From Polyangiaceae bacterium (GTDB lineage: Bacteria; Myxococcota_A; Polyangia; Polyangiales; Polyangiaceae), in contig JBGANF010000102.1 of NCBI GenBank assembly GCA_044222475.1, positions 1 to 29,664 on the forward strand: a DNA stretch of 29,664 nt, in the 5' to 3' direction. The translations under genes and the position numbers were made by a program. Numbering within the stretch: the stretch's first letter is position 1; every line of letters starts with the position of its first letter. Below the pieces are notes generated by a model. That model ran no database searches and was not told the DNA's origin. It worked only from the letters and a program-made list of their open reading frames with translations. Positions 7,984 to 18,048 of this stretch are shown here, piece after piece.

Positions 7984-10900
7984 TGACTACCGTTGCGATA
8001 CCAATAGTAGCTTGAGCGTGGGTATGGGTACGGAACGGGTACGCCAGCTATTCCGTATTCGGCCATCATCTCACCGGCGAACGCGCCAACTTGGCCGAGC
8101 GTTGGCCGCCGACCTTCATGAAGAAACGCTCCCCAGTCTCCGTTCCAACCCTGCGCGTGCACCCTCACGTGAGTATCTCTCGCCAGCGGAAGCGTGTATG
8201 AATCGACATTCAGGTTATACCAGTCCACGAACTCGACTTCGAACTGGACAGGGAGAATGTGGTGAAATTGAGTATCGCTTTTCTCCGAGGCCGTCGAGCA
8301 GTCATTTACGGTGTCTCCCTCCCAGTGGGCTCTCGCACCTCCGCGTGCCACGCCTCCTTCGAGTAACCCTTCGTCCATTGGAGGAGCGCTGGAGAACAGG
8401 TCGTGGTAGCCGAGGTATAGTAGGCCGCCCCATGCCCCGATCGCGAGTCCGCCGAGCGTGCCAGAGGCGAGTGCCGTCCCAATCGATCCCTCGCCCACCG
8501 CCTCGGCGGCGGCTAGTGGGAGGGGAAGGGCGAGACTGATGTGGCCAGTTGGGTCAACGAAGTTGACTGGGTCGTTGTTGGCGTAGACGTAGAAGTTCGC
8601 GCCACCGCCGAAGCCGCTCGGATCTTTGCTCCACCACCTCCCTTTCCACGGGTTGTAGTCCCTGGCTCCGAAGCGGTAGTTTCCCACGTCTAGGTCCCAG
8701 AGGCCACCAGCGAAGCCGAAAGGGTGGAAGGCGCCGGGCCAGGTCACGGTCGCGACCCCCCAGTCGTCCCAGTCGTAGCGTTCGGCGATGCCAGTCGAGC
8801 CGGTGAGGCGGATCAGGAGCTTCGGGCTCCCGGCCTGATCGCTGACGAGGCGGAAGGTGTTCCAGACGCTCCCTTCCTTGCGCACCATGAAGTCGGGCAC
8901 GTTCGGACGGTTGACGTAGACGTAGTGGGCGACGACCTCGCCGGCGCCGTTGGTCTCGCCGACGATGTGGCCACCATCCCAGAGGTAGCCGACGAGGAGG
9001 TTGCCTCCCGCGTCCGTCTTTGCGACGCGGCGGCCCAGGCCGTCCACTACGTAGCGCTTGTCGCCACCCCACGTGTTCGACATGCGGCGGAGGTTGCCGA
9101 GCGCGTCCGTCGTGTAGGTGTAGATGTCGAAGCCCCAGGACTGGAGCGCCGCGACGGCGCCGTCGTTCGTGTAGCGGTAGACCCACCCGCCGTCGCTCGT
9201 GAGCCGGTCCTGCGGATCGTAGACGTGGTTCGGGTCGGTTCGGTTGCCCGCGAGATCGTAGGTGTAGTCGACGATGCCGGAGCACTCTTGCGACTTGGTG
9301 CTCCGCTGCAGGAAATTCATCGCGTCGTAAAGGAACGCCGTCTTGCACCCTGGAGGATTCGCGTTGGGATTCGAGTACACGCCGTCGATGATCTCGATCT
9401 TGCTGTCGACGCGCCCGGTGTTGCTCACCGTGCGATCGTACGAGACGTCATAGACCGTATTTCCGTTGAGCTTGACGTTGTAGTGCACGAGCGCCCCGTA
9501 GGCGTCGTATTCGTACTTGTCGGTCACGATGCCCGCCGAGGTCGTCTTGAGAACGGCGTTGCCCGCGGTCTCCCGCACGCTCGAGTAGGTGATCCCGCCG
9601 AGGTTCACCGAGAGGAGCACGTTGTCGTCGTCGAAGGCGTACGTCGCGGTCTGCCCGCCCACGCTCCGGGTGAGCGGCCTCATGAGCGAGTCGTAGGTGC
9701 GGCCGATCGTGTGGTCGATCGCCGGCGTACTCGCGACCTGAAACCTCTCCGAGGTCTGCATCAGGCCGTCGTAGCCGTAGGTGAGCGTGGCGTCGGCCGT
9801 GCCGTTCAGCTTGGACGCGATCGTCGCGACGCGCTGCTTGTCGTAGGTCGTCTCGATCGTCCGCGTGCCCGAAGAGACCACCTCGGGGAACGTGAGCTTG
9901 ATCGGCCGGCCGCCGAGGTCGCGCTCCGTGGAGACGAGCCCGGTCGGCAGAGTGACCGACTTGATCGCCGACTCCTTGTCGTAGGCGTAGATGGAGTCCT
10001 TGGGCGAGAAGCCGGCGCTCGGCGGGTTGTAGCTCGAGACGCGGTCGAGCCCGTCGAGCCCGAACCCGTGCGAATTCCAGGTCCCGCTCGTTCGTGGAAC
10101 CAGCAGGCTGGTGAGGTTCTCGCGATTGTCCCACGACGACTTGAGCGTGCGGCTGCCGGGGAGCGTGGTGTCGTCCGGCAGACCGTCCTGGCGCGTGTAG
10201 GTGAAGCTCGTGGTCCCGAACGGACCGGCGACGCTGCTGAGGAAGCCGGTGGATGTCCCGTAGGCGTACGTCGTCGTGCGCGTGCCCTGCGTGACCGTCG
10301 CAACGTTGCCGTCGCCGGTGTCGTCATAGGCGATCAGGATCGGTAGCGGAGCTACCGAGCCGCCGACGCCGGGGAGCGAGCCCTGCGGCTCGATGCGCTT
10401 GACGCGGTCCTTGTCGTCGAGGATGACGCGCGAGGTTCGCCCGAGCGGCGTGCTCGTTTCCACGACCGCCTCGCTCCCGCTGAGCGAGAAGTTGGTCGTC
10501 GACATGGTCACGCCATTCACCCGGTGCGTCATCGTCGATGCGGTGAGACTCAGCGGATCGCTGGGAAGGGACGTGGTCGCGCTGAGCGTCTGGGTCGCCG
10601 TGAGGGTCTTCGGGGGCGAGCCGGTGGTGATGACGCTCGAACTGACGTACGCCGCCGAGGCTCCGAAGCGCGGGTCGGGCGCGGTTTGCGTGGTGATGAT
10701 CGTGCCGTCGGGGAGGGTGGACGTCTGCGAACCATCGACGTAGCGCGCGTCCTTCGTCTCGAGGTTGTTCGGATCGACATGGCGGCGAAGCTCGGTCCGC
10801 GACGGATCGTTCGAGTCGCGCGCGCGATCGATCACGTGGGTGGTCGTCCGCGACTCGGCCGTCGTAACCGCCGTAGTCGTCGTCGCGAGGCCCTCGGTTC

Positions 10901-13900
10901 GGGTGAGTGTCATCCCGGCCGACCCCGAGAGGCCGTTTTTGTCGTTCACGAGAAGCCCGTACGGGTCGTACGAGAACGTGTGCTGGCTGCCGCCGGCTTG
11001 GGACCACGAGAGCAGCATGCCCAGCGCCGAGTGGGAAACCGAGTAGCTGGTCTCTGGCTCGGTCACGCTGCTGACGTATCCGCCGGTCGTGGTGACGGTG
11101 TTGAGCTTCTGCCACGGCCCGGTGATCGTGTAACCCGTGCCGCTGTAGGCGAGGATCGTGTCGCGATGGGTCGCCGCCAGCGAGTCTCGGACGGTGGTGA
11201 GCCGCCCCAGTGAATCGTAGAGGAATTGCCAGCGGGGCTTGCCGCGCAGACCCGTCAGCGTCTCGAGATGGCGACCGGTTTGGTCGAAGCGGTAGACTTC
11301 GCCCCCCTGCCCCGCCGGAACGAGGTAGTCGCCGTTGGCGAGCTGGCGCGGGTTCGAGGGGACGATCTTGACCAGCGAAGGCACGTATCGGCACGTGCTG
11401 TTGGGTTCGAGTGCGATGTTCGAGACGTGAAGGTTCCCGTCGGGTCCGACGGCCAGACCTTCGCCGACGCTGATCGACTGAAGGCGCGCGCTTCCACCGC
11501 TCGTGAAGCCCGGTAGGAGGCCAGCCACGATCCACGAGCGCCCATCGGGATCGATCCGCCGGACCGTGCCGCTCACCTTCTCGTTGTAGTAGAGGCTCCC
11601 GTCACGCCAAGCGAGCGCGCTGACCACCGCCGACGCCTGGTTCTGCGCCCTCAGTGGCACCGTCGTCGCGGCGACACCTTCGCGGTAGAAGAGCGTGCCA
11701 TTGGGATCGGAGATCGAACCCGCGAGACCGGCGACGAGCGAGAGGCGTCCCATCGCCGAGACTCGCCAGATGCCGCCGGCGTGGCCGGTGTCGAACTGTG
11801 CCCTGCTGAAGAAGTAGAGATTCCCGGAGGGATCGGCGATGAGCGGAGCTCGGTCGAGGCCCCCCATGTCCTGCGACCTTGCGTCGCACGTCGACGTCGT
11901 TTCCCAACATCCGGTCGACGGCTTGGACAGAGTCGGTGAAACGCTGTTCGTGCCGACGGACCCGACGACCGTCTCGAGCTTCCCACTGGGCAGAACGCGC
12001 CGAATGCGACTTGCGATGTTTGGGCTGCTCCCTTCCATGTAGTCGACGTAGTAGATCGACTGATCGGGTCCCACGGCGAGTGAGCTCATGCTTGCAGGGA
12101 GCATCGCGCCCACCGCGGGTGAATCGTCGGGTGTGATCGTCTGGTTGTAGTTTCCTATGCCAAAGATTCCGGCGACCAGCGTCAGCGCGCGCGGGACCGA
12201 TGCGTTCCCCGCAGCGACACGCCAGATACGGAAGTTGGTCGCGATGAGGAACTCGTCCTTCGGTAACGCGACGAGACCCGCGCGATCGCCACGTCCGTAG
12301 TTGGTATTGGTGAAGAAGGTGATCGCGTTCAGCGAAGTGGCACCGTTCTGAGTCACACCCCCATCTTGGAGGCCTTGGTTGTTCGAGACGCCGCACGCGT
12401 CGACTGTCGGGTTCGGTTGACCAATCGCCACGAGAGAGCCGCCCGTTGCCTCGTACAGCGTCGACCGATACCAAACGAACACCCTGCCGTCGGGCCCGAC
12501 CGTCACTTCCCGCATCGGCATCCCCGCGGGCTGCGCGGGGACCTCGGTCCACGCGATCGCGCTGCGCTGGTTCAGATCGACCTTGGATCCATCGCCACGC
12601 CACAGCACTCCCCGCTCGGGCTCGTAGACATGCTGCAGGCCCACCGTCCACCCGCCCAGGCCAACTGGCTGCGGATCGAACGCCCCGACGCGCAACGAGT
12701 AGTACTTCTCCATCTTGATCACCCGCGCGGCGCGATCGCCGGCGATCACTTGGCCCGGAGCCCCGCCGAAGGACGTCGTGCGACCGCTCCTGGCGCGGTA
12801 GAGCCACGCTACGCGAACGCGCGCATCGACCGTGCCTTGAACCGGGAGGTTGTTGCCGTCGCGCCGATCCCATTGGACCGTCACGAACGCGTTGGGCACG
12901 AAGGTCGGGCGCCAGAAGTAGTAACGCTTCCCCTGGATCGTCACTTCGATCTCCGCGCCGAGCCAGGCGCCCGCGGGCGCTGGCGGGTTGACCGGCGGGG
13001 CCGCCCCCGTGTACGGCACCTTGATCGCGGTCATGTAGCCGCGCTGACCCTCGCTCCGGTAGTGAAGCCCGAACGGAACCCCGGTGAGGGGGATCGACTC
13101 GCCTAGGACCGAGTTCTCGCACTCGATGACCGAGCCACAGCGGTAGGTCGGATCATCCATGGGAGCGAGCGAAACCGCCGGCTCACCGTTCGGGAACTCG
13201 GCGTTCGGTGGAGGCGCGCCCCAGTTGAGATCTTCTGGGCTGAAGTGAGAGAGCCGGACGCGCCAGAAGCTCTTGCCGGGGACGATGTTCGGGTACGTGG
13301 CCTTGAGCTGTTGCCGCTCGGGAAGCGAGACTCCGAGCGTGCCGTCGGGGATGGAGAGAAGGACAGCGTTGCTTTGAGTGTCGATCCCCGTCACCTCCAC
13401 CACTTGACCGGTCTCCTCGCCTTTCCAGGCGCCGGTTGCCCGATCGTAGTACCCATTGGGGACGGTCTCACCCACCGTCTCGCCGTTGAAGTTGTCGACA
13501 TAGAAGATCACCGGCGTGCTGAACTGCGTCGGCGTGGGCGCGTTCTCCACCCGCATCTCGATGGCGTAGGTGTATGCGGTCTGGGGTGGGAGCGTCCCCG
13601 GCATGGCCGCCGGGCCGTCGGCGCCCACGGTGTACTCGGTCATGTGGAAGACGAGGTTCTGGCCGGACATCCCCGTGACCGAGGTTCCTCCGGGGACGAT
13701 GAGCAGCGGAGTGCGCGTGCCGTCGCCGTCGGTGGTCGTCGGTCCGGTCACGGTGTGCCACGCCGAGTCGCCCGAGAGGAACGTCGTGGTGGACGCTGCC
13801 GCCTCGGCGGTCATCACCGCGTCGTCGAGGACGGTCCAATCGTGCCAACGCGTCTCGGCGCGACGCTGCACGGTGAGGTAGCCGGTGCGCGCGTACTGGA

Positions 13901-14972
13901 CCGTGAGCGCCTCGCCGCCGTTGACCACCATCTCGAAGCGTCCGTCGGAGCGCGTCTCCGTCGAGCCATACTCGCCGTGGTTCAGGATCGTGACGGTGAC
14001 GGGAGGCTGCGGATCGTTGGCCTGCGTCTTCACCGTTCCGCGGATCACCGCCGCCTGGGCGGTTATTATCGTACCGGTCGTGACCCCGGTCTGCTGGGGG
14101 TTCGAGCCGGTGTAGATGAAGTCGTTCTTCTTGGAGAAGTCTTGAGGAACGGTCGCATCGACCGGATTGCTCGGTGGCACGTTCGGCAGCGGGCAGGTCG
14201 ACGCGTTGTACTGGTGGGTGATCCCGGTCGAGGGCGAACATGCATCATCAGTGCACCGGTCCCCGTCATCGGTCGAAGCGGGCACCTTGGTGCCGCCGCA
14301 GACCCCCGCAGTGCAGGTGTACGTGCCCGTGCAGAAATCCGCGTCGTCGTCGCAGGACGTGCCGTCCGCGGCAGGGGGGTGCTGGATCTGACCGTTGATG
14401 CAGAGATCCTGCGAGCACGGATTCGAGTCGTCCGCCGACTTTGCGACCGTGACCGTCGCGTCGGTGCCGTAGTACACGGGCGACGACGAGACTGAGAGCG
14501 TGACGTTCGGCGTTACGTTCGTGACGTACCGCACGCTCCCCGGCACCGCACCGTCGCTGCAGGACTGAAACGTGGCGTCGCCCCATCCGCTCGAAAACGT
14601 CGCCGCATAGCTGCACGTCGTCGAGCCGACTGCCAGCGTCGCCGTGACGGAGATCCCCGGGTAGAAGCCTCCCCAGTTCGAGATCGCCACAGTCTCGGGG
14701 ATGATCGCGCCCGCGACAGGCGGGCCGAGCAGCGATTGACTCCCGGGCGCTCCGAGCACCGTGGTCCATAGGCTCACGTCTCCGCAGCCGGTGAGCGCGC
14801 TCGACGTGCTCGCGACCGTCTCGCGGGGCGCGTGAGGAGAGCTACTGCACGAGATCGCCAGCGCGAGCAGCGCGGCAAGGGCGCCGATCAGCGCCGCTCG
14901 GATCAGAACACGAGCGAGCGTTCGTTCGTTCGTTCGTTCGTTCGTTCGTTCGTTCTGCACGACGCGTGCCAT
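7980..14972 (-). CDS. Teneurin-like NHL/YD/RHS repeat lipoprotein with C-terminal DUF2380/HNH-like toxin domain (~2330 aa)
   Basis: RBS GGGGAGGG 5 nt before ATG 14972; lipobox LAISC; Cys-rich DD.N.CT.D.C repeats; AVIRGTV...DGRFEMVVNGG and CGSVIECENSVLGESIPLTGVPFGLHYRS teneurin-like segments; NHL-like repeats; YD repeats; RHS core PFGFAGGLWD...FGARDYNPWKGRWWSKDP...YVYANNDPVNFVDPTG; tail HHILP..F...YTL.L....H..VH..GWN..W..F. Confidence 0.93.
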   Translation of the reverse strand: MARVVQNERTNERTNERTLARVLIRAALIGALAALLALAISCSSSPHAPRETVASTSSALTGCGDVSLWTTVLGAPGSQSLLGPPVAGAIIPETVAISNWGGFYPGISVTATLAVGSTTCSYAATFSSGWGDATFQSCSDGAVPGSVRYVTNVTPNVTLSVSSSPVYYGTDATVTVAKSADDSNPCSQDLCINGQIQHPPAADGTSCDDDADFCTGTYTCTAGVCGGTKVPASTDDGDRCTDDACSPSTGITHQYNASTCPLPNVPPSNPVDATVPQDFSKKNDFIYTGSNPQQTGVTTGTIITAQAAVIRGTVKTQANDPQPPVTVTILNHGEYGSTETRSDGRFEMVVNGGEALTVQYARTGYLTVQRRAETRWHDWTVLDDAVMTAEAAASTTTFLSGDSAWHTVTGPTTTDGDGTRTPLLIVPGGTSVTGMSGQNLVFHMTEYTVGADGPAAMPGTLPPQTAYTYAIEMRVENAPTPTQFSTPVIFYVDNFNGETVGETVPNGYYDRATGAWKGEETGQVVEVTGIDTQSNAVLLSIPDGTLGVSLPERQQLKATYPNIVPGKSFWRVRLSHFSPEDLNWGAPPPNAEFPNGEPAVSLAPMDDPTYRCGSVIECENSVLGESIPLTGVPFGLHYRSEGQRGYMTAIKVPYTGAAPPVNPPAPAGAWLGAEIEVTIQGKRYYFWRPTFVPNAFVTVQWDRRDGNNLPVQGTVDARVRVAWLYRARSGRTTSFGGAPGQVIAGDRAARVIKMEKYYSLRVGAFDPQPVGLGGWTVGLQHVYEPERGVLWRGDGSKVDLNQRSAIAWTEVPAQPAGMPMREVTVGPDGRVFVWYRSTLYEATGGSLVAIGQPNPTVDACGVSNNQGLQDGGVTQNGATSLNAITFFTNTNYGRGDRAGLVALPKDEFLIATNFRIWRVAAGNASVPRALTLVAGIFGIGNYNQTITPDDSPAVGAMLPASMSSLAVGPDQSIYYVDYMEGSSPNIASRIRRVLPSGKLETVVGSVGTNSVSPTLSKPSTGCWETTSTCDARSQDMGGLDRAPLIADPSGNLYFFSRAQFDTGHAGGIWRVSAMGRLSLVAGLAGSISDPNGTLFYREGVAATTVPLRAQNQASAVVSALAWRDGSLYYNEKVSGTVRRIDPDGRSWIVAGLLPGFTSGGSARLQSISVGEGLAVGPDGNLHVSNIALEPNSTCRYVPSLVKIVPSNPRQLANGDYLVPAGQGGEVYRFDQTGRHLETLTGLRGKPRWQFLYDSLGRLTTVRDSLAATHRDTILAYSGTGYTITGPWQKLNTVTTTGGYVSSVTEPETSYSVSHSALGMLLSWSQAGGSQHTFSYDPYGLLVNDKNGLSGSAGMTLTRTEGLATTTTAVTTAESRTTTHVIDRARDSNDPSRTELRRHVDPNNLETKDARYVDGSQTSTLPDGTIITTQTAPDPRFGASAAYVSSSVITTGSPPKTLTATQTLSATTSLPSDPLSLTASTMTHRVNGVTMSTTNFSLSGSEAVVETSTPLGRTSRVILDDKDRVKRIEPQGSLPGVGGSVAPLPILIAYDDTGDGNVATVTQGTRTTTYAYGTSTGFLSSVAGPFGTTSFTYTRQDGLPDDTTLPGSRTLKSSWDNRENLTSLLVPRTSGTWNSHGFGLDGLDRVSSYNPPSAGFSPKDSIYAYDKESAIKSVTLPTGLVSTERDLGGRPIKLTFPEVVSSGTRTIETTYDKQRVATIASKLNGTADATLTYGYDGLMQTSERFQVASTPAIDHTIGRTYDSLMRPLTRSVGGQTATYAFDDDNVLLSVNLGGITYSSVRETAGNAVLKTTSAGIVTDKYEYDAYGALVHYNVKLNGNTVYDVSYDRTVSNTGRVDSKIEIIDGVYSNPNANPPGCKTAFLYDAMNFLQRSTKSQECSGIVDYTYDLAGNRTDPNHVYDPQDRLTSDGGWVYRYTNDGAVAALQSWGFDIYTYTTDALGNLRRMSNTWGGDKRYVVDGLGRRVAKTDAGGNLLVGYLWDGGHIVGETNGAGEVVAHYVYVNRPNVPDFMVRKEGSVWNTFRLVSDQAGSPKLLIRLTGSTGIAERYDWDDWGVATVTWPGAFHPFGFAGGLWDLDVGNYRFGARDYNPWKGRWWSKDPSGFGGGANFYVYANNDPVNFVDPTGHISLALPLPLAAAEAVGEGSIGTALASGTLGGLAIGAWGGLLYLGYHDLFSSAPPMDEGLLEGGVARGGARAHWEGDTVNDCSTASEKSDTQFHHILPVQFEVEFVDWYNLNVDSYTLPLARDTHVRVHAQGWNGDWGAFLHEGRRPTLGQVGAFAGEMMAEYGIAGVPVPYPYPRSSYYWYRNGSQ
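14919..14955. repeat. Tetranucleotide simple sequence repeat (CGTT)9, read (AACG)9 on the coding strand
   Basis: Nine perfect CGTT units at 14919-14954; translates as NERTNERTNERT in the RHS N-terminus. Confidence 0.95.
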
Positions 14973-15147
14973 GGCAGCCCTCCCCGCGCGCCACTTCCGC
15001 CGCGCGCCGAGCACCGTCAGCGAGACGCGGGCGGCTGTCAAGTGACAATCGTACGACGACTGTACCAACCTGGGACGACCCGCAACTTTGGTTGCGGCGT
15101 CAATATCGCACCTTTGCGGCGGTGTGGCGTCTGCCGTTCGGCGCTAG

Positions 15148-17109
15148 CTAACGTCGGTTCGCCTGGTGCTCTTCGACGTGCTTGTCGACGCCCTTGGCCT
15201 TCTCGACGCCCTTCGACACGAGATCGACGCTCTTCCCGGCGATCGCGCGTGCGATCGCCGCGTCCATGCGACGGCCGGCGAAATCCTTCGTCGCCCGATC
15301 GAGCGCGTCGATCGCGGCGGTGATCTTCGCGGGATCCGTTCCGCCGATCGCGGAGCGCAGAGCGCTCATCGCGGTCGTGATCGTCGCTTCCTCGCCAGGG
15401 GCGAGCATCGCGCGGTCGGCGGCGAGGGCCTTGTCGGTCGCGAGCAGGATGCGCTCTCCTTCGACGCGCCCTTCGGCGAGGCGCCGAGCGAGGAGATCGT
15501 CTTCGCCGTGATCGAGCGCGTCGAGGAGCATCTTCTCGAGCGTCTCGTCGTCGAGGCCGTAGGAAGGCTTCACCGTGACGGTCTGCTCGATGCCGGTGGT
15601 CACCTCTTTCGCGTGGACCGACAGCAGCCCGTCGGCGTCGACGCGGAACGTGACCTCGAGCTTCGCGAGACCCGCCGGCATCGGCGGGATGCCCTTCAGC
15701 GTGAAGCGCGCGAGGCTGCGACAGTCGGCGGCGAGCTCGCGCTCGCCTTGGAGCACGTGAATCTCGAAGCCCGTCTGCTTGTCCTGCTGCGTCGTGTACG
15801 TCGCGCGGGCACCGGTGGGGATCGTCGTGTTGCGGGGGAGGATCTTGTCGACGACGCCGCCGCCCACCTCGATCCCGAGCGAGAGCGGGAGCACGTCGAG
15901 GAGGAGCACTTCGTCCTTCGGTCCACTGCCGGCGAGGAGATCCGCCTGAACCGCGGCGCCGAGCGCGACGACTTGATCGGGATCGATGTCGGCGAGCGGC
16001 GGGCGCTTGAAGAGCTTCTCGACGTACGTCCGAACGGCGGGGACGCGCGTCGATCCGCCGACGAGGATGACTCCGTCGAGCTGCTCGACGGAGAGCCCCG
16101 CATCCTTGAGCGCGCGTCGACATGCGGCGCCCGTGCGCTCGAGGAGCGGCATGATGAGCTCGTCGAAGCGCCTGCGTCGGATGAGCACCTCGCGCTCTCC
16201 GCCTCCAGGCAACGGGATCGTCGCCCGAACCTCCTCACGCTCGGTGAGGAGGTGCTTGATGCGTCGTGCCTCGTCGAGCACGAGACGAATCACCCCCGGG
16301 CTCAGCTTGGGGTGGGGCGTCAACGACTTCGGCTTCGCGTGCTCGGGGAGCATCCAGCCGAGCTCGAGCAGGATCTCGTTCGCGATCGCGCGATCCATGT
16401 CGTCGCCGCCGAGCTGGCTGTCGCCGCCGGTCGATTTCACCTGAAAGACGCCGTCCTCGAGGAGGAGCACGGTCACGTCGAAGGTGCCGCCGCCGAGGTC
16501 GTAGACGACGAAGTGGCCGTTCTGCTTCTTGTCGAGCCCGTAGGCGAGCGCGGCTGCGGTCGGCTCGTTGAGGAGCCGCAGCACCTCGAGCCCGGCGAGG
16601 CGTCCGGCGTCTTTGGTGGCTTGGCGCTGCGCGTCGTCGAAGTACGCGGGCACGGTGATGACGGCGCCGCCGACGCGGCCGACGTCCTCCTCGGCCCAGG
16701 CCTTCAGCTCGCGCAGGATGTCCGCGCTGACCTCGACCGGCGTGAGCTCGCGACCGTGCACCTTGAATCGGACGACGTTCGACTCCCCCTCTTTCGCCGA
16801 AGCGAATTCGTACGGCCCCAGGCGACGCGTCTCGGGGTCGTCGGCGCCGCGGCCCATGAACCGCTTCACGCTCACGATCGTCTCGCGCGGGTGAGCGCCG
16901 GCGAGTGCCTTCGCCCGGGTCCCGACGACGACGTCGTCGTGATCGCCATAATGGACGACGCTCGGGAGCAGCGTCTCGCCGTCGCAGCTGACGATCGCGG
17001 TGGGCTTGTCGTTCTTGACGTAGGCGACGAGCGAGTTGGTCGTCCCGAGGTCGATCCCGATCGGGCGCGGCGCGGCCTTCGGATCGTGGATTTCGAAGAG
17101 CACGGTCAT
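15148..17109 (-). CDS. hscA: Fe-S protein assembly chaperone HscA (Hsp70 family)
   Basis: [44 protein letters not shown]; directly downstream of hscB. Confidence 0.95.
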   Translation of the reverse strand: MTVLFEIHDPKAAPRPIGIDLGTTNSLVAYVKNDKPTAIVSCDGETLLPSVVHYGDHDDVVVGTRAKALAGAHPRETIVSVKRFMGRGADDPETRRLGPYEFASAKEGESNVVRFKVHGRELTPVEVSADILRELKAWAEEDVGRVGGAVITVPAYFDDAQRQATKDAGRLAGLEVLRLLNEPTAAALAYGLDKKQNGHFVVYDLGGGTFDVTVLLLEDGVFQVKSTGGDSQLGGDDMDRAIANEILLELGWMLPEHAKPKSLTPHPKLSPGVIRLVLDEARRIKHLLTEREEVRATIPLPGGGEREVLIRRRRFDELIMPLLERTGAACRRALKDAGLSVEQLDGVILVGGSTRVPAVRTYVEKLFKRPPLADIDPDQVVALGAAVQADLLAGSGPKDEVLLLDVLPLSLGIEVGGGVVDKILPRNTTIPTGARATYTTQQDKQTGFEIHVLQGERELAADCRSLARFTLKGIPPMPAGLAKLEVTFRVDADGLLSVHAKEVTTGIEQTVTVKPSYGLDDETLEKMLLDALDHGEDDLLARRLAEGRVEGERILLATDKALAADRAMLAPGEEATITTAMSALRSAIGGTDPAKITAAIDALDRATKDFAGRRMDAAIARAIAGKSVDLVSKGVEKAKGVDKHVEEHQANRR

Positions 17110-17630
17110 GATGGAGACGCCTCGAGGAGTGCATCCTCGATGGCCGAAGCCTCCTCGAGGAACCGGTGGAAGAACCGAAGCTCCCCGAGCTTCTTGACGA
17201 GATCGGCGGTGGGGCCCGACGCGAATCCCTCGGCGAGGGCCCGCTCGGCGGCTTCCGCGCTGCGCTCGATCGACTCGACGAGAGCGCGGAGCTTCGCCCG
17301 ATCGCCCTCGGCCCGAGCGTCTTGGAGAGCTTCGCGTTGCTCGAGCATCTCCATCAGGAACTCCGGGTCGGGCTTGGGCTCCACCGTCTCACCGACGGCG
17401 ATGCCACGCAGACGAAAGAGCGCCTCGGCTCGAGCGATCGGATCGCGCAGAACCCGAAACGCCTCGTTGACGGCGACCGCCTTGGTGAGCGAGTCGCGGC
17501 GCTCGCTGGCGCCGGCCCCGGCGTACTTGTCCGGATGGAGCGCGCGGGACAGCTCGCGGTGCGTCTTCTCCAGCGAAGGCAGATCGATCTCGTACCTTTC
17601 TGGTACACCCAACGTGGCAAACGGATTCAC
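17106..17630 (-). CDS. hscB: Fe-S co-chaperone HscB
   Basis: J-domain [30 protein letters not shown]. Confidence 0.93.
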   Translation of the reverse strand: MNPFATLGVPERYEIDLPSLEKTHRELSRALHPDKYAGAGASERRDSLTKAVAVNEAFRVLRDPIARAEALFRLRGIAVGETVEPKPDPEFLMEMLEQREALQDARAEGDRAKLRALVESIERSAEAAERALAEGFASGPTADLVKKLGELRFFHRFLEEASAIEDALLEASPS

Positions 17631-17635
17631 GGGGA

Positions 17636-18040
17636 TCAGACGGTGAAACTATGGCCGCAACCACAGGACGTCTTCTCGTTCGGGTTGTTGAACTTGAAGC
17701 CCTGCTGCATCAGCGTCTGCACCCAATCGAGCTCCATCCCCGCGAGGTACACGAGGCTCTTCGGGTCGATCACGACGCGAACCGTCTTCCCGTCCGTCGT
17801 GGGCACGTCGAACGCGCGGTCGCGCGCGCGCGGCTCGCCGTCGTGGAACTCGATCACGTAGGAGAACCCGGAGCAGCCGCCGCCCTTGATGCCGAGCCGC
17901 AGGGCTGCTTCGGGCGTCCCCCGCTTGGCGAGCTGCTTCTGGATCGCATCGGCGGCCTTGGCCGTGATCGTGATCTGAGCCTTCGTCTCCGGCTTGATCT
18001 CCGGCTTCGTCTCCGTGCCGTTCTGGGTCGTCTCGGTCAT
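17636..18040 (-). CDS. iscA: Fe-S cluster assembly accessory protein IscA (HesB family)
   Basis: LRLGIKGGGCSGFSY ... FNNPNEKTSCGCGHSF; ATG at 18040. Confidence 0.93.
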   Translation of the reverse strand: MTETTQNGTETKPEIKPETKAQITITAKAADAIQKQLAKRGTPEAALRLGIKGGGCSGFSYVIEFHDGEPRARDRAFDVPTTDGKTVRVVIDPKSLVYLAGMELDWVQTLMQQGFKFNNPNEKTSCGCGHSFTV

Positions 18041-18048
18041 GGTGACAC

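Noticed and set aside
5363..14495. Long plus-strand ORFs (5363..6982, 8724..10346, 13245..14495)
   Set aside because: Antisense shadows of the Ig/RCC1 and RHS genes
14973..15068. Upstream TTG start for the RHS gene given by the ORF track
   Set aside because: ATG 14972 has a clear RBS and gives a more plausible signal peptide; the extension overlaps promoter-like motifs
15148..17109. Calling this gene dnaK
   Set aside because: Operon context with hscB/iscU and the VKPSYGL motif indicate HscA
15166..17646. 826-aa plus-strand ORF
   Set aside because: Antisense shadow of hscA/hscB
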